A stretch of DNA of 64,000 nt from Mobula hypostoma (taxonomy: Eukaryota): the NCBI RefSeq assembly GCF_963921235.1, contig NC_086097.1, positions 253,396,001 through 253,460,000 on the forward strand. The letters are read 5' to 3'. Below the pieces are notes generated by a model, which did not search any database, had not been told where the DNA came from, and saw only the letters and a program-made list of their open reading frames with translations. Positions within the stretch are counted from its first letter, which is position 1; the number at the start of each line of letters is the position of its first letter. This document shows, piece by piece, positions 34,670 through 48,295 of the stretch. Position numbers and translations under genes: made by a program.

Positions 34670-35900
34670 GTACCGATGAACCTTTGACGGCCGCACTGCG
34701 GGAGATAGCGAGACCTAGACCGGGATCGGATCGGGATCGGATCGGGATCGGGACCGGGAAGACTCGGGAAGAGCCGAAATCCACTTCCGGGAAGAGGGCG
34801 CGAGCCATTGGACCACGTGACCAGGGGAGCTCCAGTAGGAGAGACTACCGCACCTCCGATTGAGGGGGGTACAAAGAAACAACATCCTTCGCTTTATTCA
34901 TTTTTTCCGCATTAAAGACAATATTTAACAATTACATCATTATTATTATTTGTAAATAGAATTCCTATGAGAGCAGCTCTATCCATCTGGGAGTGAAAAG
35001 TCGGGGAGAGTTTGACGCCGGGGGGTACCTCCCTGCGCCCCGTCTTGTGTCTCCGCTAGCTCCGATCGGGCGGGTTATAGGACCCGGGAGAGGCGGCAGA
35101 GAGCTCCGCCACCGCGTACACCATTGGAGCGCCAGCAGCCAATCATAACAGGGCGCGGCCGACCACGTGGGCCAGAGTGTTCGGCTTCCATCGCGGGACA
35201 GCCCATCGCAGAAAGGAGCGGGGGTGGACACAGAAATACCTTCCACCTTTTGCTGACTGTTACCATGTGGTAAACAGCCCTGACCAAAAAGCAACAATTT
35301 ACTGTAGTAATACCCCACTCCTGTGATATCGGCTGCGGTAGTGTGGGAGTGCAGGGTGGTTTGTGGTTGAGAGCGGAGTGACCCCCCCCACGGCCGGTCT
35401 GTTTCCCGGCGCCCCGGGGGCGGGCGGGCGGAGGGACCCGGGGGAGGCGGCGGCGGCGGCGGGCGGGCGGGCGGACGGACGGGCAGGGCGCTGCGGCCAT
35501 GGCGGCGGCGGGAGGCAGCCGCACCATCAGCAAGGACGACGCCGAGTACCGGCTGCATTTCCGGATGATCAACGAGCAGCAAGTGGAGGACATCACTATC
35601 GACTTCTTCTACAAGCCGCACACCATCACCCTGCTGACCTTCACCATCGTCAGCGTCATGTACTTCGCCTTCACCAGGTAGCGTGGGCGCGCCCGGCCGC
35701 CCGGCTCCGACCGACTGACCCACCGGGGCAGGCCGTGTCCGGCAGCTCTGCTCCAGCGGTCACCCCGGCCGGAGAGGGGGCCTGCTCGGCAGAGTGTGTC
35801 CGAACGGGTGGCTGGGTCACACGTGAAGGCCAGTAGCCGGACCGGGCTGTCTGAGTATTGGAGACGCCCGCATTGGGAGCATTTAATCGGCGGTGGGAGC
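34670..35900. promoter_or_regulatory. CpG-rich bidirectional promoter region of MTERF3/PTDSS1
   Basis: Sharp rise in GC and CpG between the divergent genes. ETS/GABP-type ACTTCCGG 34783-34790; CCAAT-box cores at 34807-34811 (rev), 35123-35127 (rev) and 35139-35143; E-boxes CACGTG 34814-34819 and 35164-35169; GC boxes (GGGCGG) at 35418-35475. Confidence 0.8.
35499..35677 (+). CDS. PTDSS1: PTDSS1 (phosphatidylserine synthase 1) coding exon 1 (179 bp)
   Basis: Kozak gcc[64 protein letters not shown]; donor AG|gtagcg. Confidence 0.97.
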
Positions 35901-36691
35901 TTATCCCCTCCCTGTTGTGACACTGAAGGGACCGGAGCTAATCAGTGAAAGAATATATTGTCAGGGGTTGTTCAGAGGCCCGTGGACAGTTTACTGAGAG
36001 ATGGGCAGGGACAAATGATCAACCTGAGGAACATTACAGCAAACCTAATACAGTGATCACTGTTTTGTTCCAGTTTACTGTTATCTGACTGTACCTGTAT
36101 ACAACCAATCAAAACAACGTTCCTCCAGACCATAGTCAAATTTATTGTCATCTGACTGTACCTGTATACAATCAAACAAAACGACGACAGTGCACCCACA
36201 AAACATAAAACATAAGAACATAAGAAATAGGAGCAGGAGTAGGCCATCCGGCCCATTGAACCTGCCCCGCCGTTCAATAAGACCATGGCTAGATCAAACA
36301 CAGCTCAAAAATGAAGTTAATACCACATGTAAATTGATAAATATGCATACAAGGTGCAGCCCAAGGAAACAGTAAACAGTAACCAGCTCATTGACCTGAC
36401 GGGACCTCTGTAGTAGTGGCAGGGTATTCATTAGTCTCACAACCTGGGAGAAGAAGCTGTTACCCAGTCTGACATTCCTACTCCTGATGCTCCTGTCCTC
36501 CTTACAGATGGTTGTGGGTCAGAGAGACTGCGGTAGGGTCCCTCAGTGCTTCATGCCCTTCATCTGCAGTGTCCCCAGTAAATGTCACAAGTATGGGGGA
36601 GAGAGCAATGAAGTGATATTAATGGATTTGCCAAGTGTGTGCACGAGTAGTTTGACTACATTCTTTGTCCTAATGTGATTTGTTTGTTTAG

Positions 36692-36783
36692 GGATGATTC
36701 AAGTCCAGAAGACAATATCTGGAAAGGTGTTCTCTCAGTCGTGTTCTTTTTTCTAATTGTAAGTGTCTTAGCATTTCCTAACG
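36692..36783 (+). CDS. PTDSS1: PTDSS1 exon 2 (92 bp)
   Basis: tttag|G...G|gtaagt; [30 protein letters not shown]. Confidence 0.96.
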
Positions 36784-36911
36784 GTAAGTTTCTGATTGTT
36801 ATTATCGGGAATTGTGATTAAACACAATTCTTATAAAGTAATTTTTGCACATTCTTCAGCTTTGTTTTGTAAAATATACTGCTGAGCTGCCTTTTAAATT
36901 CAATATTTCAG

Positions 36912-36956
36912 GTCCTTTCACCCGACCTCATCCAGCGATATGGAGGATGGTTTTCG
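36912..36956 (+). CDS. PTDSS1: PTDSS1 exon 3 (45 bp)
   Basis: ttcag|GT...G|gtaagg; GPFTRPHPAIWRMVF. Confidence 0.96.
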
Positions 36957-38148
36957 GTAAGGCCAAGTGACTGTTTCCTCTTACCTGTCTTTCTGAATTA
37001 TGGATTTGGTGGACTGATTGAAAATTCCTTTCCATTTAAAAAAAAATGTATTTAGAGATACAGGTGGGAACAGGCCTTTCTGTCCCACTGACCCTCTCTG
37101 CCCAGCAACCCACCGATTTAACCCTTGCCCATTCAGAGTACAATTTGTAATGACCAGTGTGTAAGTCTTTGGACTGTGGGTGCAAACCCATGCGCTCACA
37201 AGAAGGATGTACAAACTTCTTACAGATGGAGCTGGAGTTGAATGCTGAACTCTGACGCCCTGAGCTGTAACAGTGCCAGGCTAACCACTACTGTGGAGCC
37301 CTATTTTGAATTTATTTTGTTTTTGAGGGTGTTTCACAATTGGCATTATGCCAGAGTCTTCAGTGGATTCGTCATAGATCAGAAGATTTTGTTTCCAGAT
37401 AAACACAAAAGATTCTATAAATGCTGGAAATCTTGAACAACTCGCACAAAATGTTGGAGGAGCTCAGCAAGTCAGGCAGCATCTATGGAGGGAGAAAAGC
37501 AGTCGATGTTTTGGGTTCAGACTGAAAAGGAAGGGAGAGGGAGACAATAAAAAAGTGGGTAGGGAAGGTGTCTTCTCTCTTTATTCCATTCCTCATTCTG
37601 GCTTCTCTCCGTCCTTCTCGTCTCCTCGCATGCTCAACAATTCCCTCCACACTCTCTCCAATCAGACTCCTCCTTTAACCCTTTACCTCTCCACCTATCA
37701 CCTCTCAGCTTCTTACTTCATCCCCCTCCGCCCCCATTCCTCACCCATCTGGCTTCACCTGTCAGCTTCTTGCTTGCCCTCCTTCCCCTCTCAATGTTCG
37801 AAGCGAAGGCAACATTCCGGCACCAACGTTACATGCAATGCTCAACGGAACAACATAGACAACAACAAACGAGTCCCCATTCCTCCCTCCCACCCAGCCA
37901 CCTACATACACAGTCCACCAACTCCAGTCCTCTCATCGTCCGGGGTCCCAGAACAGATCCCTACTATTTGTATTTGTCAAAAGCTGTAAGTCTGTTTGTT
38001 TGTAGATACAATACAGAATAGACTCTTACTGCTCAGCAACCCACCTGTTTAATCCTAGCCTAATCACAGGAGAATTTATAATGACCAATTAACCTACCAG
38101 TTTTTGAACTGTAGGAGGAAACCGTGTGCAAGGACTGGATTGGATTGA

Positions 38149-38580
<432 letters not shown>

Positions 38581-39612
38581 TGAGGGAGAAACAGTCAATA
38601 TACCTTCTTTCATTCGTCACTGACAATCACAATGTTTGTAGTATTTTGCTTTTAAATGTGTTGCTTATTTGGGACAATTCCTAAAGAAAAAAAACCTAGG
38701 ATTCCCTTTGTTTATTTGGAACACTCTGCCACTTAATTGGGACAGGAGACTGTTGCTGAAAAGTTTCTAAATAGCATCAGTCATTTACATTTTTATGTGG
38801 CTGTTAGACACTTCGCTGTGCTTAGAGCACACAGATTTTTAAATAGCATCAATTGTGTTATGTTATCCATTTGGGCAGATGGATACCGAATGAAAAATCT
38901 GTGAATTTTGGCACGACTTCATACAGGAAGGCAATGGAGGCAACCTATTACCTGCTCTAGGTGTCTGCACTAGTTTTGTTCATTTACAGTCAATCAAAAA
39001 GAAGACGGTAGCGTACACTGGATGAATTCCTCTGTCAATAACTATTAGTAACTAATACACAGTTTTGTAGTAGTATTGGTAGTGTTTTAATTTGTTTTTT
39101 TTACATACATAACTTATTACTCAGTTAAACAGTACTTTAATTTTTTTTTATATACCTTTTTAACTATTTCCATGAGATTTCGGCTAAATGAGACAGCTGC
39201 ATAATTGGATCAAAATGTACTGGTTCCAATGTGTACCAATTAACTGAAATACACTTTATATATAAATATATAAAGTTGCTGGTTTCCTATAGTGATGCTG
39301 GATATCAACGTACAATACAAACTGGACGTTGCAAATCACATTCAATAAATTAACCATCAATTAAAATTGGGGAAAAAAGGTTCTGCAGTTTTATTTTATT
39401 GTCTCATCTTAAAATGGGAAAGATTTACCGGTGGAATTAAAAAATATTTAAGGTTATAAATATATCGGGCCCAAACCCGCTCCAAAATTCTAAATGCGGT
39501 CAGACCAATGAATTACATTTCAAAGACACCTGATTTCTGACAGGCTCAATCTCCCCACTGTCCTTCATAGCTCATTATTAATACTGTCCAGAATTTCACA
39601 ATATTAATTGAT

Positions 39613-40605
39613 GCATGACTGTGTGGCTGATCATAGCTCCAATGCCATATTTAAGTGTGCCGATGACACCACTGTCATAGGCCGAATCATAGGTGGTGAT
39701 GAATCAGCATTTCAGAGGGAAATTGAAAATCTGACCTCTCACTCAATGTCAGCAAGACCGAGGAGCTGATTGTTGACTTCAGGAGGAGGAAACCGGAGGC
39801 CCATGAGCTTGTCCTCATCCAAGGATCAGAGGTGGAGAGGGTCAGGGGTCGCCAACTTTAAATTGCTTAGTGTTATCGTTTTGGAGGAACTGGCCTTGGT
39901 CCAGCACACACGTGCAATTGGGAAAGAAGCACGGCAGCACCTCTACTTAGGAGTTTGTGGAGATTCGGCACGATATCTAAAACCTTGACAACCTTCTAAA
40001 AATGTGTGGTGGAGAGTACATTGACTGGCTGCATCACAGCCTGGTATGGAAACACCGATGCTCTTGAGTGGAACTTCCGACAAAAAGTAGTGGATACGGC
40101 CCAGTCTACCAGGGGTAAAGCCCTCCCTACTATTGAGCACATCTACATGAAACAGCGTCACAGGAAAACAGCATCCATCATCAGAATCAGATTTACTATC
40201 ACCGGCATGTGACGTGACATGCTCTCTTCTCACTGCTGCCGTTGGGAAGAGGGTACAGGAGCTTCAGGACTCACACCACCAGGTTCAGAAACAGTTTTTA
40301 CCCTTCAACCATCAGGTGCCTGAACCAGAGGAGATAACTTCACTTGCCCCATCACTGAAACGTTCCCACAACCCAGGGGACTCACTTTCAAGGCGCTTCA
40401 TCCCATGTTCTCATTATTTATTGCTTATTTATTTATTATTATATTTTTCTTTCTTTGCACACTGGTTGTCCGCCCTGTTGTTGCGGTCTTTCATCGATTC
40501 TTTTATGGTTATTGCATTTATTAAGTATGCCTGCAAGAAAATGAATCTTAAGCTTGTAAATGATGGCATATATGTACATTGTTAATAAATTTACATTGAA
40601 TTTTG
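39613..40605 (+). mobile_element. Degenerate L2/Rex-clade LINE 3' part
   Basis: IFKCADDTTVIG and VESTLTGCITAWYGN motifs. Confidence 0.75.
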
Positions 40606-40944
40606 TATATATCCAGCATACAGGCACACAGCATACATTGTGTGTTATTCTTTCCTTCAATGGTTCTTAGCACAAATAGCATTTTAATACCTTTTATATC
40701 TCTGGTTTTTGAAACTGTAAAAACAAATACTGGAAAAACTATAATTGTTTTTGTTGGCCTTTTAACAGAGCCACTATTAAAAAATTATAGGATAAAGGGT
40801 CATGGCATGAAGCCATGAATTCCTTTCATTGATGCTGTTTGGCCTGCTGGGTTGCTCCAGCATTTTGTGTGTGTTGTTCTGGATTTCCAGATTTCCAGAA
40901 TCTCTTGTGTTTAAGGTGTTTTGCTTGTGTTTTGTTTTTAATAG

Positions 40945-41121
<177 letters not shown>

Positions 41122-44100
41122 TAAATGGCCTAATTGTGCTGCTATATCTTATGGTCTTAAGAAAACCTATCAAATATTGAAACACCTGGATAGAGTGGAT
41201 GTGGAGAGGATGTTTCTTATAGTGGGGGAGTCCAGAATCAGAGGGCACAGCTCAGAATTGGGGGACGTCCATTTGGAACTGAGATGAGGAGAAACTTCTT
41301 TAGCCTGAGGGTGGCGAATCTGTGGAATTCATTGCCACAGACGGATGTGGAGACCAAGTAATTGGGTATATTTAAAGCAGAGGTTGATATGTTCTTGGTT
41401 AGTCAGTGCGTTCAAGGTTACTGAGAGAAGGCAGAGAATAATAAATCAGCCACGATGGAATGGTGGAACAGACTTGTTGGGATGATTGCCCAATTCTGCT
41501 CCCGTGTCTTATGGCCTTGTGGAACATTCCTGCCACTGTCTGTAAGGAGTTTGTACATCCTCTATGGGACTGCGTCAGTTTCCTCCCACATTCCAGGGAC
41601 CCGGGGCTGAGGGAGCTGTGGGCGTGCCATGTCATGGTGACACTTGCAGGCTGCCCCCAGCTCACCCTCGAACTGTGTTGGTTATTGTGCAAATGTGGTC
41701 ATTCACTGTATGTTCCGATGTGTGTGTGACAAATAAAACTAATCATGATCTCATATCAGAATAAAAGTGTTTATTCAGGAGCAGGGCTAAATTATACTAC
41801 CGAGGCAGTAACAAACTGCATGGATTTAAATTTAATATTCTAAGTGTGTAAAATATAAGAAACTGGTGCACTTTCAGAATTGTTTTTAGTTTAAATACAA
41901 CAGGGGTGGGAGTTTATAAGGAGTATGCAACAATTCCCAAAACTCATTTAGACCATTCGGCCCATCGAGTCTGCTCTGCCCTTCCATCATGGCCGATTTA
42001 TCAACCCTCTCAAGGCCAGTCTCCTGTTTTCTCCCTGTAACCTTTGACACCCTGACTAATCAAGAACCTATCAACCTCTGCTTTAAATGTACTCGATGAC
42101 CACCTCCACAGCCGTCTGTGGCAATGAATTCCATAGATTCATCACCCTCTGGCTTGAGAAATTCCTTCACATCTCTACTACAAATGGAAGTCCTTCTGTG
42201 GTGAGGCTGTGTCCTATGGTTGTAGATTCCCCACTTAAAAGAATGAGATTTCCCCCCCCCCCACCCCGTTATTCTAAACTCCAGTGAGGCAATATCAGAG
42301 CCTTCAAACGTTCCTCGGACGTTCATCCTTTCATTCTTGGAACCATTGTTGTGAAGCTCTCCCAGCCATCACGAATCTGCTCAGTACAATTGCATCAGAC
42401 CGGAGCCAGTGTGGGGTTAACAGCCGGTAAATGGAGCAGCTGCTCTCTAGGTTGGCAGTGTCAAAGAGAAAATATTTTGTGTAGGAGCCATCAGGTGTTC
42501 CTTGGAGAATATTGTGACCGACGATTGTTGCTTATTTTTTCACTGAGAATCAGAGTCAAGTTTAATATCACTGGCATATGTCACGAAATTTATTGTTTTG
42601 TGGCAGCAGTACATTGCAATTCATTATAATAAAACTATAAATTACAGAAACAGTGCAAAATGTGAACAAAAAAAAAAAGAAAAAAAAGTAGTGTTCATGG
42701 GTTCATTGTCCATTCAGGGATCTGATGGCAGAGGGGAGGAAGCTGTTTCTGTATCATTGAGTGCGTCTTCAGGCTCCTGGACCTCTTCCCTCCTCACTGA
42801 TGTTAGCAGTGAGAAGAGGGCATAACCCGGGTGAAGGAGGTCCTTGATGGCGGATGCCGTCTTTTCAACGCATCACCTTTTGAAGATGTTCTCGTTGCTT
42901 GAGAGGCCAGTGCCCATGATGGAGCTGGCTGTGTTTACAATTTTCTGCGGCTTTTTCAGATCCTGTACAGTGGCATCAGGATGCTCTCAGACAGAATTCT
43001 TTCTGTAGCACATCTGTAGAAATTTGCATGAGTCTTTGGTGACATATCAACCCTCCTCAAACTCCTGAAATATCATTGATTTTAGAGTTACAACCTTGCA
43101 TTTTTTTGTGGTGAAGAAATCAATTTTCAGTCAGAACCGTAAAGAAGAGTAGAATTGTTTTTATAAACATCTTTTTTAATCAGTGCACATCTTGTGGATA
43201 GCACTGTTAAAACTCGTGATCACCTGTGCGAGTCATGTTTTTCCATGGCTCATCTGGGCTTCAGGTGCAGTTTCCCGTGAGGGACCAACAATGAAAGCAA
43301 TTCCCGGATGATGGGGATTTGTAGAGTTTCCAGTGAGAGACCGAGAAGACAACTCAATTCCCGAAGGGCGAGGACCTGCACTGGAGAGGGTGTGTTTATC
43401 GCAACTCCATTCCGACACCAGTTTGAGGACCCCACGTAGTGTTGTGTTTAGCTATTACAATTTGGGGTGTTGGAGTTCTGTCACTGTCGGTAAGGAGTTT
43501 GTACGTTCTCCCCGTGACCGTGTGAGTTCCCTCCGGGTGCCTTGGTTTCCTCCCACAGTCCAGTGCGGTACGGTACGGGTTAGTAGGTGAATTGTTCGCT
43601 CTGAACTGTTCCACGATTGGGCTAAGGTTAAATGGGTAAATTGCTGGTGGTGCAGCTCCTTCACCCGGAAGGTGTTAATGATAGGTTTCTTGGCAGTGTG
43701 GAGGAAGACAAGGAACCTGGGGTCTGCTTCCATAGACCCCCCCAAGGTTGTCGTGCAGACTGTCAGGGTGTGAGAAGGTGTCTAGTGTGCTGACTTTCAT
43801 TAATCAGCTCCGTCATGGGTACCAGCCTCCGTAGTATCTAAGACATCTTCAAGGAGTGGTGCCTTAGGAAGGCGGCGTCCATTATTAAGGACCTCCAGCA
43901 CCCAGGACATGCCCTCTTCTCACTGTTACCATCAGGTAGGAGATACAGAAGCCTGAAGACACACACTCAGCGATTCAGGAACAGCTTCTTCCCCTCTGCC
44001 ATCCGATTCCGAAATGGACATTGAATCTTTGGACACTACCTCACCTTTTTCTTATTTCTGTTATTTTGCATTATTTGTTTTAACTTAACTATTTATTAGC

Positions 44101-44214
44101 GATATATGTATTAACATTTTTCTGTATATTTATTTATCATGTATTTCATTGTACTGCTGCTGTAAAATTAACAAAGGATGACATATGCCAGTGATATTAA
44201 ATCTGAATTCTGAT

Positions 44215-44818
44215 TCATTAGTCAGGGGATTGAGTTAGAGAGCCATGAGGTAACGTTGCAGCTCTATAAAACTCTGGCCCAGCCACACTTGGAGTATTGT
44301 GTTCAGTTCTGGTCACCACATTATCGGAAGGATGTGGAAGCTTTAGAGAGGGTGCAGAGGACATTTACCAGGTGCTGTCTGGATTGGAGATTATGTCTTA
44401 TGAGGGTAGGTTGAACGAGCTAGGGATTTTCTGTTTGGAGCAAAGGAGGATGAGAGGTGACTTGATAGAGATGTACAAGATGATGAGAGGCATAGATTGA
44501 GTGGACAGACAGAGACTTTTCTCCAGCGTGGAAATGGTTAATACAAGGGTGCTAAATTTTAAGGTGATTGGAGGAAAGTATAGAGGGGATGTCAGAAGTA
44601 GGTTTTTCTTACACACAGATTGGTGGGTGCGTGGGACACCCTGCCAGGTGTGGTGGTAGAGGCAGATATACTGGAAACTTTTTAAAAAATCCTTAGGTAG
44701 GCACATGGATGGTAGAAAAATGGACGGCTAAGAATGGAAGGGATTGACCTTCAAGTAGTTTAGAAGATCAGCACACCATTGTGGGCTGAAGGGCCTGTGC
44801 TGTGCTGTAGTGTTCTAT
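44215..44818 (+). mobile_element. CR1 3' fragment
   Basis: HLEYCVQFWSPHYRKD and RMRGDLIEMYK motifs. Confidence 0.8.
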
Positions 44819-45367
44819 ATTAATTAATGCTGATTTTGTGCATTGAACATGCCAAGATTTCTGGAAGCCATCGTCGGGGTCTCTCTTTCACTCTCTCCCC
44901 TCATTCAGTCATGTACCAGACAGCGTCTCCACGTTGTCAAAGTCCTCTCCCATCCATCCTACCATCCCTTTGACCAGCCATCAGGCAGAAGGTACCACAG
45001 CATAAGAATCAGAACGGTCATGCTGGGTAACAGCTTATGGCTGATAGATTTCTCAACACCTTGCTAACACCCAGAACACGTGGGTGCCCTAACGCTCTGC
45101 CGCCCGCTCTTCCCCGGGTCTCCAACTCACAGACACACTCTCGTCCTGCACTGGTCTCACTTTTTGTCCTCCATTGCTGCTGATTTCTCCTATTTATACG
45201 ACTGCTTGTTTTATTATAAAAGTGTCAGTAACATTACACTGTCACACATAAACAGGCACCTCACAGTTTATGTCAACCTGTAAGTCTGCTGGCCGTGCCA
45301 CTCAGGGACTTGTACTGATATTATTTTGTGACTCTACGTGCTGGATCATAGCTGTATGTACCTTGTG

Positions 45368-45725
45368 TGCCCCACCTCCCCCTCGTACCCCATCCGTTAT
45401 TGCCCACCCTCTGGGCTTCCTCCCTTCCCCTTTCCTTCTCCCTGGGCCTCCTGTCCCATGATCCTCTCATATCCCTTTTGCCAATCACCTGTCCAGCTCT
45501 TGGCTCCATCCCTCCCCCTCCTGTCTTCTCCTATCATTTTGGATCTCCCCCTCCCCCTCCCACTTTCAAATCTCTTACTAGCTCTTCTTTCAGTTAGTCC
45601 TGACGAAGGGTCTCGGCCCGAAACGCCGACTGTACCTCTTCCTAGAGATGCTGCCTGGCCTGCTGTGTTCACCAGCAACTTTGATGTGTGTTGCTTGAAA
45701 TTCCAGCATCTGCAGATTTCCTCTT
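45368..45725 (+). mobile_element. Penelope-like 3' end with hammerhead motif 45596-45631 (cleavage triplet mutated GTC->GCC)
   Basis: Near-identical to 28065-28495; motif AGTC CTGACGA AGGGTCTCGGCCC GAAACGCC GACT. Confidence 0.85.
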
Positions 45726-45784
45726 GTCAATATATTATGTTTCTCACCTTGCCACCGGAGGAACAATGTTGCCTAGTTTGCAGA

Positions 45785-46205
45785 GCATGCCTTATGGGAA
45801 TAGGTTGAGTGAACTTGGCCTTTTCTCCGTGGAGGGATGGAAGATGAGAGGTGACCTGATAAGATGATGGGAGGCATTGATCATGTGGACAGTCAGAGAC
45901 TTTTTCCCAGGGCTGAAATGGCTAACACGAGGGGATATAGTTTTAAGGTGCTTGGAATTAGGTACAGAGGGGGATGTCAGAGACAAGTTTTTCAAACAGA
46001 GAGGGGTGAGTGCATGGAATGCATTGCCAGCGAAGGTGGTAGAGGCAGATGCAATAGGGTCTTTTAAGAGACTCTTAGAAAGGTACATGGAGTTTAGAAA
46101 AATAAAGGGCTATGCAGTAGGGTAATTCTAGGCAGTTTCTAGAGTGTTACATAGTCAGCACAACATTGTGGGCCGAAGGGCCTGTAATGTGCTGTAGATT
46201 TCTAT
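45785..46205 (+). mobile_element. CR1 3' fragment just upstream of PTDSS1 exon 6
   Basis: SQRLFPRAEMANTRG.SFKVLG motif and 3' end. Confidence 0.85.
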
Positions 46206-46211
46206 ATTTAG

Positions 46212-46442
<231 letters not shown>

Positions 46443-46644
46443 TAGGTATCATTCTGTTCATCTCTACTTTTTTAATAAAGCAATTTATGGCATGTCAGAA
46501 CCCTTTGCCCCAATGGGTCCAGACTGCTGATTTATAGAACATAGAACAAGACTCTTGAACACTTCACCTTTCACCCTTAACCCCTGACTTCTAGTTCAAG
46601 TCTCAGCCAACCGCAATGGAACAAGCCTGCGTGCAGTTACCCTG

Positions 46645-46995
46645 TCATCATTATGTGCCAAGTTGTATGATGTGGGTGATCATGGTCTTTGATCATGATG
46701 GTTCTTGGAAAATTTTTCTGCAGAATTGGTTTGCCATTGCCTTCTGGCCAGTGTCTTTACAAGACGGGTGTCCCCAGCCATTATCAAGACTCTTTGGAGA
46801 TTGCCTGGCATCAGTGGTCGCATAACCAGGATTTGTGATGTGCACCAGCTGCTCATATGACCATCCACCATGGCTTCATGGTTAGGGTGGGGGGGGGGAG
46901 CTAAGCAGGTGCTACACCTTGCCCAAGGGTAACCTACAGGCTAGTGGAGGGAAGGAGCACCTTACACCTCCTTTTCGGTACAGAATGTATCTCCA
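46645..46995 (-). mobile_element. RTE/BovB-like short element
   Basis: Minus strand carries gaaggcaatggcaaacca.ttctgcagaaaaattt.ccaagaacc, a BovB/RTE-type 3' motif. Confidence 0.5.
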
Positions 46996-47219
46996 CCCTG
47001 CTTGCATTTACCCTATCTATACCCCTCATAATTTTGTGTACCTCTATCAAATCTCCCCCTCATTCTCCTGGGAACAAAGTCCGAATCTATTCAACCTTTC
47101 CCTGTAACTCAGTCCCAACAACATCCTTGTCAATTTTCTCTGCACTCTTTCAATCTTATTGTCAGTTTTGTGACCAAAACTGCTCACAATACTCCAAATT
47201 AGGCTTCACCAACATCTTC

Positions 47220-47820
47220 TAGAACATAGACCAATACAGCACAGGAACAGGCCCTTCAGCCCACAGTGTTGTGCTGAACCAATTAAATTAGTCATCAAAT
47301 GGCCAACTAATCTAATCCCTTCTGCCTACATAATGTCCGTATCCTTCCATTTTCCTCACAGTTAATTACGTATCTAAATGTCCCTTAGAAGTCTCTAATG
47401 TATCTGCCTGTATCACCAGCCCAGGCACCACTCTCTGTGTGGGGGAAAAAAACATGCCCCTCACATTTCCTGTGAAATTACGCCCTCTCACCTTAAATGC
47501 ATGCCCTCTGGTATGAGACATTTCAACCCTGGGAAAAAGATGCTCTCTATCAAATCTGTGTATGTCTCTCATAATCTTTTACAGTCATAGTCATACTTTA
47601 TTGATCCTGAGGGAAATTGGTTTTTGTTACCAATGGACCTCTTATCAGATCTCCACTCAGCCTCCAGCACTCCGGAGAAAACAACCCAAGTTTGTCCAAC
47701 CCCTCGTTATAGCTCATGCTCTCTAATCCAGGCAGCATCCTTGTGAACCTCTTCTGCACCCTCTCCAAAGCCCCAGCATCCTCCCTATAATGGGGTGACC
47801 AGAACCGTATGCAATGCTCC
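47220..47820 (-). mobile_element. CR1 3' fragment
   Basis: LFPRVEMSHTRGHAFKVRG motif and 3' end. Confidence 0.8.
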
Positions 47821-48039
47821 CGATGCGGACAGATACTTCACGTGAGCCTCCTTCGACCCTCCTCACCGAACCCTTCTGTGTCACACCCTAGTCCAGATCT
47901 TCCCAGCCTGGGGGTCCACGGACCCCTCGGTTAATGGTGGGATGGGAGGTGGGGGTCCGTGGCATAAAAAAGGTTGGGAAGCCCTCCTGTAGTCCTTCCC
48001 GTCTCATGCTTACCCGGCTTTCCTCTTCGCTGATAAATG

Positions 48040-48295
48040 GAGTGACGTATGGCAGCATAGCAGTTAGCACGATACTTCACAGCACCAGTGACCCGGGTTC
48101 AATTCCTGCCACTGCCTGTAAGGAGTTTACACACTCTCCCTGTGACCGTGTGCGTTTCCTGGGTGCTCCAGTTTCCTCCCACAGTCCAAAGACTTGAGGG
48201 TCAGTAGGTTAATTGGTCACAAGGGTGTATTTGGGCAGAGTGGGCTCCGGCCGGTTGAACCTGTACCCTGCTGTATCTCTAAATAAAAAAGGAAT
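48040..48295 (+). mobile_element. tRNA-derived SINE (related copies at ~41525-41750, 43440-43670, 48500-48780, 58050-58290; minus copies at ~9480-9740, 37050-37270)
   Basis: B-box-like GGTTCAATTCC, followed by ctgtaaggagtttrtacryt.tccc.gtgac..gt...ttcct..ggtgctc..gtttcctcccacagtccaaaga. Confidence 0.7.

Noticed and set aside
34965..35836. 252-, 173- and 157-aa ORFs across the promoter
   Set aside because: Stop-poor GC-rich sequence overlapping PTDSS1 exon 1 in other frames or antisense; low complexity, no recognisable domain.
43230..43440. Possible structured RNA or cryptic exon in PTDSS1 intron 5
   Set aside because: Only short imperfect helices, no snoRNA box arrangement I can support, and exons 5 and 6 already join in frame.
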